The notes beneath the pieces are model-generated. The model ran no database searches and had not been told where the DNA came from. It was given only the letters and a program-made list of their open reading frames with translations. Made by a program: the position numbers and the translations under genes. DNA of 63,999 nucleotides, filler included, from Craspedostauros australis (Eukaryota), in assembly GCA_030167865.1 (NCBI GenBank). It is 9 parts of 9 records of this genome, joined end to end, with 100 filler letters (N's around TTAATTAATTAA, not from the genome) between each part and the next. Parts side by side here need not be neighbours in the genome. Positions count along the whole stretch, not along the records: positions 15,479 to 29,054 come from JALAGF010004113.1; positions 29,155 to 40,986 come from JALAGF010004114.1; 7 more parts are not named here. One strand, given 5' to 3'. This document shows positions 21,519 to 33,025 of this stretch, one piece after another. Every line of letters begins with the position of its first letter. Position 1 is the stretch's first letter.

Positions 21519-24500
21519 GGCGTTGGTGTACTCGTATGAGCGTGGAGGCGAAGGGTGGAGAGTATGTCGTCCGAAGGTGATGGTGATGGTGTTGGTGTTG
21601 GTGTTGGTGGTTCGGGGGAGAGCCGATTTGGAAGTCTGCGAGCACAGTTGCAATTTGTGTGACTTGTTCTGGGCTGCAGACGGATACTCGGAGATGCCTT
21701 TGGGTGCGTTTGATTGTTTGTGTTAGGGTTAGGGTATGTTTGTGATTCTGTCGGCTTGGGCCTTGGTGAAAGTGAGGCTGCTTTGGTTTGTTTGCATCCG
21801 CAGCCGCGAACTTGGGTCCCAAAACAAGTGTTGTGGGGTTGCTATTGACCGTTCTGAACAATTGTGATGTGATGTGGTGTGATGTGGTGTGACGAGAGGG
21901 ATGTTCGTGGTTGCTTTTCGCATTTTCTTCCTTGTGAAAATACGTTGTCCGATCCTCGCAGAAGCCACGAATACAATTGCCGATCAACAACAAATAACCT
22001 CATTTTTTGTCGTGGATTCTCTGTTCCAACCCAGTGTCATAAACCAGTACTGTCTTTTCGGGAGTGGCATAATTGAAGGCGGAGCCTTTGGCGCTATGAG
22101 TGTCCGCGATTGCGACGAAGCACAAATCAAGGATGTCTTCGTCACCAATTGATACAGAATGTGAGGCGCAAAGGACAACAGCAAGCGACAACCAAACTCC
22201 GATCAATCAGCGCCCAAGGATGCGCTTGACCTGTGTGGCGTTGCTCAGAAATGCAACACAGAACCTTGGCAGCTGACGACTACACCGATGGTGTGAAACA
22301 TCTGCAGGCTGGTACGAGCTATACAACTTTCGCGCGCTACCATCCATACAGGCTAGTGCACAGTTGTGCACAGATAGCTCGTTGTAGATCGTACCCATAC
22401 CGCCTCATAGATGCATGGGTGAGACAACAACCGCATCAAGCATCGTCCATTGCAGCTTCCCGTCAACTGCTCGACATTGGCCAATGGCACCATACGCAGT
22501 GGCTATCGCAAGTTGCCCTGCACTTCAACGAGCACAATCGACCTATTGCATTAGTATTCTGGCTCGCACTGACATATTATTCTCCGTCGCAGTGGAGTAA
22601 GAGCACTGCGCTCTTTGTCTTTTACCTTCGATTGGTTCCCATCTCATAACTTTGCACCAGGCGCCATCTGTTCCCACCCGCGTGGCACGACCCATGTGCT
22701 CTCCAGTGGGCTGTGGCTGTGGCCGTAGCTATGGCTATGGCTATTTCTATTTGTGGTCGAGTGGAGACTGTTGAATCCATTTGGCAAGGAGGCATGTCAT
22801 CTGCATTCGAACGAAAACACTGGGAGCATTCGTCTCATGATTGCTTTGCTCTTGCGCCGATGCTCGTATCGGTACGAATACCTTCCGCGTCGACGCTTCA
22901 GCCCGAAGCAGGAGGCTGCGACCCTCGTGAGAATTCTCCTCGTGGCCCTTCCCGAAGTTTTCTTGTTTGTGCCAGACGCCGCACCCATTCCGCATCGGTG
23001 AGCCTGCGAATGTTTGTACTCGTACGACTACTCGCAGGCGCAAATGATCGAGAACAACACGAGGACGAGGAGGAACCAGATACACTGAAGAATACGAACT
23101 CTGAGCACGGCATGGGTCAAACGAGATACAGAAAGAACATGACCATTCCTACACCACCAACCGAAGTGATTGCACACCGCAGATGTTTTCGCGAAGAGAT
23201 GGAAACGAAGACCGAAATGAAAACAGGGAAGCTGATGCTGTTCGGTCGCTGCAATAGCTCGCGCAACACGGCGGCGGAGGATGGTCGGAGAGTGTAGCCT
23301 CGTCGCCCATCATGACCCCCTGGTGCTCTCATCGAGTACGTCCTATTCGTAGAGCGATTGTAGCTCGTATGGCAGAATCTGCTCGAGCACTCGTATTCGA
23401 AGGGTGCTCGTGGAAGAGTGCTGTCCCGCTATTGCGAGCTACATATCCTCTTGCCCGCATCAAATCTGCCCGGTTTCAATGGCACTGTATCGTAACAGCA
23501 TTACGAATACGAATACGAATACGAATACGAATACGAATGTTCATGCGAATGCGAGCGAAGGACGCTGTGGCGAACTTCCGGCACACACCTGTCCACCCAT
23601 GCACACATGTCCCATCAAGCGCTTCCTATGCTCACGGCAAAGATTAAATGCTGTTTGAATGAGATTGTTGGTCAGGTCGTCAACCAGTAATTCTGGCGAG
23701 GTCCTTGTGTCAAAGTGTCCGCCATCGTGATGGCGGTTCCTTTGGGCGAAGAATGGCGCAACGTGGCTGTCGAGAGGTACCATCGCAGGGTGAGAGGAGG
23801 AGTAGCAACAGGAACACGATGTCAGAGTCGCAATACTGACAATGGAGAGGAGCAACGCAAGAACAATAGCTCGTGCTCTCCAATGTGCCACACACAGCTC
23901 GTGGAGAGTGCAACAAGTAACCTTCCACCAAGACGTATGATGCGGATAGGCAGAAATAGATCTACGACCATCTCATTCGCACGAAGGTCGTTTTCTGATC
24001 CTGTGTCTCCCATGTGGGTGAGGACGATTTGTGAGTTGTTGGAGTCCATGCACAACCAAAGTGCGTCGACAGCGACATGGGATCTTCCGCGCGTTTCTCG
24101 CATGTGAGTGTTGGAGTTTTCGCCATCTCTCTTGTGGCGACGTGGTTTTGCAGTTGACGCGAGCACCTTGGGTGACTCAGCGCCACCATGTTCATACATT
24201 ATTTATCCGAGAGGCGCATGATGAGACCGCTACTAAGAGGCATTTTCATGGCGTCATGTTGATAATGCCGACTCCACTTAAGCCACAATCCGTATTAGTG
24301 CGAAATCAGATGGCGAACCGAAGGGCGCTTGAATCATCTCATAGTTTGTGCAGTAGTCGTACAGTACCCGTACGTCCGAGGACGTAGCCGCGAAATGACC
24401 ACTGAGCGTCGCTTTGATCCACGCTTTCGGCGGTCCACTCTCTTCTCGCGAACAACGACGACAAACAGCGCAACAATCACAATCGCAATCTCGATCACAA

Positions 24501-25267
24501 CAATCGAGTCCATGGAACCGCAACAACGGCACTTGACATCGTCAGCACAACCTCATGAGATGGTTGGAGAATGTAGTCGACGAGTGCATCCTGTTGGTGA
24601 AGGCGTGGATGATGCTCTGGTGAACCCCAAGGCTGCAAGTAGGCAATGCATTGGCAGTCGTACTACTACATACGAGTCGACTCCTCTCGAGAGATGTCGC
24701 AAGTGGAGCAGGCATGGCGCGAGTAGTCCTCCCGCAGTTGCACCATGCACAGCGAAGTGTGCTGCGGTCGGCGCTTCTCCGAACCAAGCATATTGCATCA
24801 CCTAGATACCATTCGTGCGAGTCTTTGTTCATGAGAGGTGGTACGTCGCAGCAACGTGTTGACTCATGGTCGCTTTGACTGCATTGCTCTGCATGTGCTT
24901 CTGCCTTCGTGGTGCGACAACATCATCGTCGATCTTCCGCGGTCGCAATCCTCTCAACAACAGATGAGACCACGAGTAGTAGCATCCGTGGCTCATTGAG
25001 CTCGTATTATACTATTGTGTGCAGAGTGCTCCACTCCACAACTTTCAACATCTCAGATTGCAACAACTCAGGTTAGATGAGACAAATGAAAGCAATCAAC
25101 GCCCTCCAGCAAGCTATTATATTGTGTGTTGGACGTGTTATCGTTCAGGTTACTCTAAACGTATCACTGGAGGGGAGTATGCTCTCGAGAGACCTCTGCG
25201 TCAAGTTACAGCCGTGCATGGTGGAATGATGCAGGTCAAACTTCCGCCTCCGTCTCGTTCTCTCTGT

Positions 25268-25540
25268 CTAGCATGTCTCAGCCACCACCTCGCTCTCCAA
25301 CTCTGCGAGCATGCTGTTGGTGACCTTGATGTTCAATGCGCACGCAATGAGAATGTCTGGATTGAGAAGCGTAGCATCCGGGAAAGTGTCGAGGTATGTC
25401 ATCATCCCCTCCAGCTCGTGGTTCAGCAGGATGGGCTGGCTGAGGAAGAGGATTGCTGTTCCCACCCGGAAGAAGATCTTGAAGGAACGCTCGACGAGTC
25501 AGATGTCCCACATGTGACACACCGTCGCGGAGGGCATTGA
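25268..25540 (-). pseudogene. Truncated Rab-GAP TBC-domain C-terminal fragment with an in-frame stop
   Basis: Reads MPSATVCHMWDI*LVERSFKIFFRVGTAILFLSQPILLNHELEGMMTYLDTFPD, matching the TBC pattern lP..tv.riWD.fl.eg..i.FRvalAil. TGA at 25499-25501. No upstream TBC sequence is visible. Confidence 0.6.
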
Positions 25541-26197
25541 TGGATCGTGGAGGAATGGCCTCAGTGTTTCTCATTTTTCGCTCTCTCTCTCTCTGCTCGT
25601 ACTGGTAGACTGCGGGGTTCACGTTGTCAGGCCTCGACTAATTGGAACAAACTCTGTGCGTTTCCGAAACGGCCACCTCGACCAATGCGACCCGAAACGA
25701 GATGAAACGGATGGATGTGCAGACCTCCAGAAGCGCGAAGACCAACTGCGAACATGTGTTCGGAACCTTCTGCTCACGTTTTCCAATCTTGGACGAACCA
25801 CCCGAAGGTTCGCAACCGCGCCAAAGAACAACTGCGCAAAACGTGAATGAAGGCGGGATTGTTCCGCAACAGAGATTGGCTGTTTCTGGTTCGTCGCTGG
25901 TGCATGACGATGTTGGCTTCTTCTCTCCGAAGACGCACCCACAGGAATGGCAACACGCCAAACAGAAATGGGCGCTTCCACAGAAAAAGATCAGTGCCAA
26001 CCATGTGCGAGTCCTCTGCACACAATCGCGATACTCACAAACTCCTTTTCTTCTCGAAGTTTCTCACGTTCGTCCTCGAAGAGATTCACCCATCGGCTGC
26101 CCCTGCTTCTGTTGCATTGTATTCTAGAATATAATACAGTACACCACGTAATCCGCATCACAGAACACACATCAAGAGAAAGAGGAACGTGACGACC

Positions 26198-27632
26198 ATG
26201 GAGACCACCAAGAGCGAGATGAACATGGCGTTGAAAGCCTTCGACGTCGCAACGATCGAGGATCCTCTGTTTGGAAGCGGCCACAAAGTGATGCAAAACC
26301 AACTGTCTCCAGACACCTCGGCAAGCGCAGCTACCGCTGAATCGGAGGTGACCTTCTTGCAAGACTTCGTGGCTGGTGGCGTTGCCGGTTGCATCTCCAT
26401 CGCTGTGGGTCATCCCTTCGACACAATCAAGGTAAGAAAGATTCAATGGCCTTGCGTGGGCGTGGGTGGGGCCTCACGCGATTGCGCGACCATGCCGAAC
26501 TCTACGCGAACAGACATAGCAACAAAGATCTCGGTCACAATGAAGGAAGGCATCGGAACGTATTTCCCGAATGGAATGGACGTTGCCTGTTCATCTTGAT
26601 GGTCCACTACTGCCGATCACTTAATGGTGTGATGTTTGCTCCAACCTCGTATCGTCTGTGACAACGGGACACGAGTGGTGGGGTTCCATCGCATCCTTCT
26701 TTCTGCCACTCCTTGCTCACCGTCCTCTCTTTCATGAATCGGCTTCAACACAACGCACGTGTGCTCTCGGCGGAACCTTGATCATTGCTGTGCAGGTGCG
26801 GATGCAAACGACGTCCTCCAAGGGATCGCTCCTTTCCAACTTTTCATCATATGGTGGCATCTCGTCACTATTCCGCGGCATGGGACCACCCTTGTCGTCC
26901 GCTGCGGTCATCAACGCCGTCATCTTTGCTACATACGGACAAAGCGCCCGGTTGTACGACGACGCGCTGAGCGCCGGCTACTTCGGAACATCCAACGTTG
27001 CCAAGGATCCAATCGTCAAAGCCGTTTGCTGTGGCGGCCTCACAGGCTTCATGCAGAGCGTCATCGTTGGTCCAATGGAGCATATCAAGTGCCGTTTGCA
27101 GATACAGCATGGCAAGGGGACGCCAGACAACGTTTACAGAAGCCCCTCCGACGCTGTCCGCTCCATCTTGCGAACCCACGGTGTCCGTGGTTTGCTCCGT
27201 GGATGGTGGATCACCTGTGTCCGAGAGGTACCTGGGTTCGGAGTGTACTTCGGATGCTACGACTACTGCAAGACCAAGATCACTGATCATCTTTCCAAGC
27301 AATCCGCCAACAACCAGAGTAGCTTCTCGCTGTCGCCGAGCACCCATGGCTTGTTGGCTGCCACCGTGTCGGGAGGCATCGCAGGCATCGCGACATGGGC
27401 ACTCACCTACCCTGCAGACATCATCAAGACGCGGATTCAAACAACCTCGTTGGATGCGCAGCCCCGCGATCTGCAGATGATCCGAGTGGGCTGGCAAATG
27501 GTTGCGGAGAACGGTTGGCGATCTCTGTTCCGCGGTCTCAGCGTCACGCTTGTCCGGGCCCTGCCGGTGAATGCCGTGGTCTTTCCCGTCTACGAGATAT
27601 GCCTCATGCAGATTGCACAGCGCGAGTATTGA
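26198..27632 (+). CDS. Mitochondrial carrier (SLC25, carnitine/basic amino-acid carrier-like); exons 26198-26431, 26796-27632
   Basis: Three carrier signatures: PFDTIK|VRMQ, PMEHIKCRLQ and PADIIKTRIQ. Intron AAG|gtaaga...tgcag|GTG is in frame. Confidence 0.93.
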
Positions 27633-30600
27633 AACCGCGAACTATACTCCACTGTACCAGTAGACAATTACAACAGCGCACTGCCGTCCAGACATGACGA
27701 CGCAGAAGCAGGCTAGCCATGGTGCACATTGGCGCATGCGCAAGAGATGACGGAAGCATGAGGAGAGAGAGACGTATCGCGCTCACTCGGTCGAGCCCGT
27801 CGCCTTGGCCATCAACATCATGTCATAATCACTCTGATTATGGCGGAAAACGACAAGCTGGAGCATCTTTATCCGAGTGAAGCATCGGGCGAGTCCACGA
27901 ACGACGGCATACCCACAGATTTTCGTTGTGATCATGACAACAAACAAATGAGCCAGTCGTGCCCTCCCCGAAGCAAATCAAGATTCTGGACATCGACGCG
28001 CAGTATGGTCCCAGGAATCTTCCGAGTGCTTGCGGAATGGAGGTGGACCAACATGCTACGACTACACTTGCACCGTACGGGTACGCAGGAGCATGTGTCC
28101 GTAACAGAGTGCTGTTGTTCGTCAAGAAAAGAGCAAATAGAATAAATAGCAGCAGCACACATGCTCATACATATTATAATACATATATTCTATAATACTA
28201 TATTATGTTAACCATACCAACCAAAGATGACGGCCGGTTCCTCGCGTGCTGTGGCGTTTGTCTTCACATCGAATCTTCTGGTTCTCCCCTTGCAAGTCAC
28301 AGGTAGTCCGTGGGTGCCTTCTTCTATCTTGTCATCGTCGTTGTTCTCGTGGGTGGTCCTCATCCTTCAGATTCCCCAGTGTCCACCCAAGGCACGATGA
28401 ATGCCTTCCGACGAATACTGGGAGTTGTCGGAAAAAGAGAAAATCACGTTTTTCGTGTCGGAGTCTGTTCACAAATGACAAGAAACTACCAGTTGCCAGT
28501 TCGCCACACGTGATGGAACGCACCCGATTCGAGATATTCGACTCATACGACTAGGACAAGAATGCCGAGTTGGTTCACGAGAGCAATCGATCATCTCTGA
28601 GTCCCGCATTGTGGCGTGTGTGGAGATGGGATTTCCTCGCGACGGCGGTGTTTTGGTGTTGTTCGTTCTCGTCACACTTTGCTGCGGTGGTCCACAAAGC
28701 GCACTGTCGTCTTGGTTGGCAGAACAAGTCTTTGTCTTCTGGTTTGTTGGCTTGTACTACTGTTATATTGAACTCATCAAAAGCCCACCAGGGACGATCG
28801 AGTATCGTTCCTGACCCAAGCCATGTACCTTCTTGACGATGTGATGCGTTTGATTCCCATCAGTGAGAGTTGCTTGCAGGGTAGAGTGCGAGGAATCCAC
28901 CAGCAGTATCGCACGGCAAAAAAACACCACAATGCGAGGTGGCCTGATGACCAACCACCAATCGTCACTCTCCACATCACTATGCACTGGGTGTCACTCT
29001 CATCCATCTTTGTGCAACATTGATAGCAGCAGACTCAAGGAGTAGCAGCCCAATNNNNNNNNNNNNNNNNNNNNNNNNNNNNNNNNNNNNNNNNNNNNTT
29101 AATTAATTAANNNNNNNNNNNNNNNNNNNNNNNNNNNNNNNNNNNNNNNNNNNNACACTTTCCCGGATGCTACGCTTCTCAATCCAGACATTCTCATTGC
29201 GTGCGCATTGAACATCAAGGTCACCAACAGCATGCTCGCAGAGTTGGAGAGCGAGGTGGTGGCTGAGACATGCTAGACAGAGAGAACGAGACGGAGGCGG
29301 AAGTTTGACCTGCATCATTCCACCATGCACGGCTGTAACTTGACGCAGAGGTCTCTCGAGAGCATACTCCCCTCCAGTGATACGTTTAGAGTAACCTGAA
29401 CGATAACACGTCCAACACACAATATAATAGCTTGCTGGAGGGCGTTGATTGCTTTCATTTGTCTCATCTAACCTGAGTTGTTGCAATCTGAGATGTTGAA
29501 AGTTGTGGAGTGGAGCACTCTGCACACAATAGTATAATACGAGCTCAATGAGCCACGGATGCTACTACTCGTGGTCTCATCTGTTGTTGAGAGGATTGCG
29601 ACCGCGGAAGATCGACGATGATGTTGTCGCACCACGAAGGCAGAAGCACATGCAGAGCAATGCAGTCAAAGCGACCATGAGTCAACACGTTGCTGCGACG
29701 TACCACCTCTCATGAACAAAGACTCGCACGAATGGTATCTAGGTGATGCAATATGCTTGGTTCGGAGAAGCGCCGACCGCAGCACACTTCGCTGTGCATG
29801 GTGCAACTGCGGGAGGACTACTCGCGCCATGCCTGCTCCACTTGCGACATCTCTCGAGAGGAGTCGACTCGTATGTAGTAGTACGACTGCCAATGCATTG
29901 CCTACTTGCAGCCTTGGGGTTCACCAGAGCATCATCCACGCCTTCACCAACAGGATGCACTCGTCGACTACATTCTCCAACCATCTCATGAGGTTGTGCT
30001 GACGATGTCAAGTGCCGTTGTTGCGGTTCCATGGACTCGATTGTTGTGATCGAGATTGCGATTGTGATTGTTGCGCTGTTTGTCGTCGTTGTTCGCGAGA
30101 AGAGAGTGGACCGCCGAAAGCGTGGATCAAAGCGACGCTCAGTGGTCATTTCGCGGCTACGTCCTCGGACGTACGGGTACTGTACGACTACTGCACAAAC
30201 TATGAGATGATTCAAGCGCCCTTCGGTTCGCCATCTGATTTCGCACTAATACGGATTGTGGCTTAAGTGGAGTCGGCATTATCAACATGACGCCATGAAA
30301 ATGCCTCTTAGTAGCGGTCTCATCATGCGCCTCTCGGATAAATAATGTATGAACATGGTGGCGCTGAGTCACCCAAGGTGCTCGCGTCAACTGCAAAACC
30401 ACGTCGCCACAAGAGAGATGGCGAAAACTCCAACACTCACATGCGAGAAACGCGCGGAAGATCCCATGTCGCTGTCGACGCACTTTGGTTGTGCATGGAC
30501 TCCAACAACTCACAAATCGTCCTCACCCACATGGGAGACACAGGATCAGAAAACGACCTTCGTGCGAATGAGATGGTCGTAGATCTATTTCTGCCTATCC

Positions 30601-33025
30601 GCATCATACGTCTTGGTGGAAGGTTACTTGTTGCACTCTCCACGAGCTGTGTGTGGCACATTGGAGAGCACGAGCTATTGTTCTTGCGTTGCTCCTCTCC
30701 ATTGTCAGTATTGCGACTCTGACATCGTGTTCCTGTTGCTACTCCTCCTCTCACCCTGCGATGGTACCTCTCGACAGCCACGTTGCGCCATTCTTCGCCC
30801 AAAGGAACCGCCATCACGATGGCGGACACTTTGACACAAGGACCTCGCCAGAATTACTGGTTGACGACCTGACCAACAATCTCATTCAAACAGCATTTAA
30901 TCTTTGCCGTGAGCATAGGAAGCGCTTGATGGGACATGTGTGCATGGGTGGACAGGTGTGTGCCGGAAGTTCGCCACAGCGTCCTTCGCTCGCATTCGCA
31001 TGAACATTCGTATTCGTATTCGTATTCGTATTCGTATTCGTAATGCTGTTACGATACAGTGCCATTGAAACCGGGCAGATTTGATGCGGGCAAGAGGATA
31101 TGTAGCTCGCAATAGCGGGACAGCACTCTTCCACGAGCACCCTTCGAATACGAGTGCTCGAGCAGATTCTGCCATACGAGCTACAATCGCTCTACGAATA
31201 GGACGTACTCGATGAGAGCACCAGGGGGTCATGATGGGCGACGAGGCTACACTCTCCGACCATCCTCCGCCGCCGTGTTGCGCGAGCTATTGCAGCGACC
31301 GAACAGCATCAGCTTCCCTGTTTTCATTTCGGTCTTCGTTTCCATCTCTTCGCGAAAACATCTGCGGTGTGCAATCACTTCGGTTGGTGGTGTAGGAATG
31401 GTCATGTTCTTTCTGTATCTCGTTTGACCCATGCCGTGCTCAGAGTTCGTATTCTTCAGTGTATCTGGTTCCTCCTCGTCCTCGTGTTGTTCTCGATCAT
31501 TTGCGCCTGCGAGTAGTCGTACGAGTACAAACATTCGCAGGCTCACCGATGCGGAATGGGTGCGGCGTCTGGCACAAACAAGAAAACTTCGGGAAGGGCC
31601 ACGAGGAGAATTCTCACGAGGGTCGCAGCCTCCTGCTTCGGGCTGAAGCGTCGACGCGGAAGGTATTCGTACCGATACGAGCATCGGCGCAAGAGCAAAG
31701 CAATCATGAGACGAATGCTCCCAGTGTTTTCGTTCGAATGCAGATGACATGCCTCCTTGCCAAATGGATTCAACAGTCTCCACTCGACCACAAATAGAAA
31801 TAGCCATAGCCATAGCTACGGCCACAGCCACAGCCCACTGGAGAGCACATGGGTCGTGCCACGCGGGTGGGAACAGATGGCGCCTGGTGCAAAGTTATGA
31901 GATGGGAACCAATCGAAGGTAAAAGACAAAGAGCGCAGTGCTCTTACTCCACTGCGACGGAGAATAATATGTCAGTGCGAGCCAGAATACTAATGCAATA
32001 GGTCGATTGTGCTCGTTGAAGTGCAGGGCAACTTGCGATAGCCACTGCGTATGGTGCCATTGGCCAATGTCGAGCAGTTGACGGGAAGCTGCAATGGACG
32101 ATGCTTGATGCGGTTGTTGTCTCACCCATGCATCTATGAGGCGGTATGGGTACGATCTACAACGAGCTATCTGTGCACAACTGTGCACTAGCCTGTATGG
32201 ATGGTAGCGCGCGAAAGTTGTATAGCTCGTACCAGCCTGCAGATGTTTCACACCATCGGTGTAGTCGTCAGCTGCCAAGGTTCTGTGTTGCATTTCTGAG
32301 CAACGCCACACAGGTCAAGCGCATCCTTGGGCGCTGATTGATCGGAGTTTGGTTGTCGCTTGCTGTTGTCCTTTGCGCCTCACATTCTGTATCAATTGGT
32401 GACGAAGACATCCTTGATTTGTGCTTCGTCGCAATCGCGGACACTCATAGCGCCAAAGGCTCCGCCTTCAATTATGCCACTCCCGAAAAGACAGTACTGG
32501 TTTATGACACTGGGTTGGAACAGAGAATCCACGACAAAAAATGAGGTTATTTGTTGTTGATCGGCAATTGTATTCGTGGCTTCTGCGAGGATCGGACAAC
32601 GTATTTTCACAAGGAAGAAAATGCGAAAAGCAACCACGAACATCCCTCTCGTCACACCACATCACACCACATCACATCACAATTGTTCAGAACGGTCAAT
32701 AGCAACCCCACAACACTTGTTTTGGGACCCAAGTTCGCGGCTGCGGATGCAAACAAACCAAAGCAGCCTCACTTTCACCAAGGCCCAAGCCGACAGAATC
32801 ACAAACATACCCTAACCCTAACACAAACAATCAAACGCACCCAAAGGCATCTCCGAGTATCCGTCTGCAGCCCAGAACAAGTCACACAAATTGCAACTGT
32901 GCTCGCAGACTTCCAAATCGGCTCTCCCCCGAACCACCAACACCAACACCAACACCATCACCATCACCTTCGGACGACATACTCTCCACCCTTCGCCTCC
33001 ACGCTCATACGAGTACACCAACGCC

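Noticed and set aside
10095..25501. Multiple in-frame TGA codons suggesting stop-codon reassignment or selenocysteine
   Set aside because: Intact genes here end in TGA (SUZ12, TPR, SLC25), TAA and TAG, and they encode Trp with TGG. The interrupted loci also carry frameshifts or TAG stops, so pseudogenisation is the simpler explanation.
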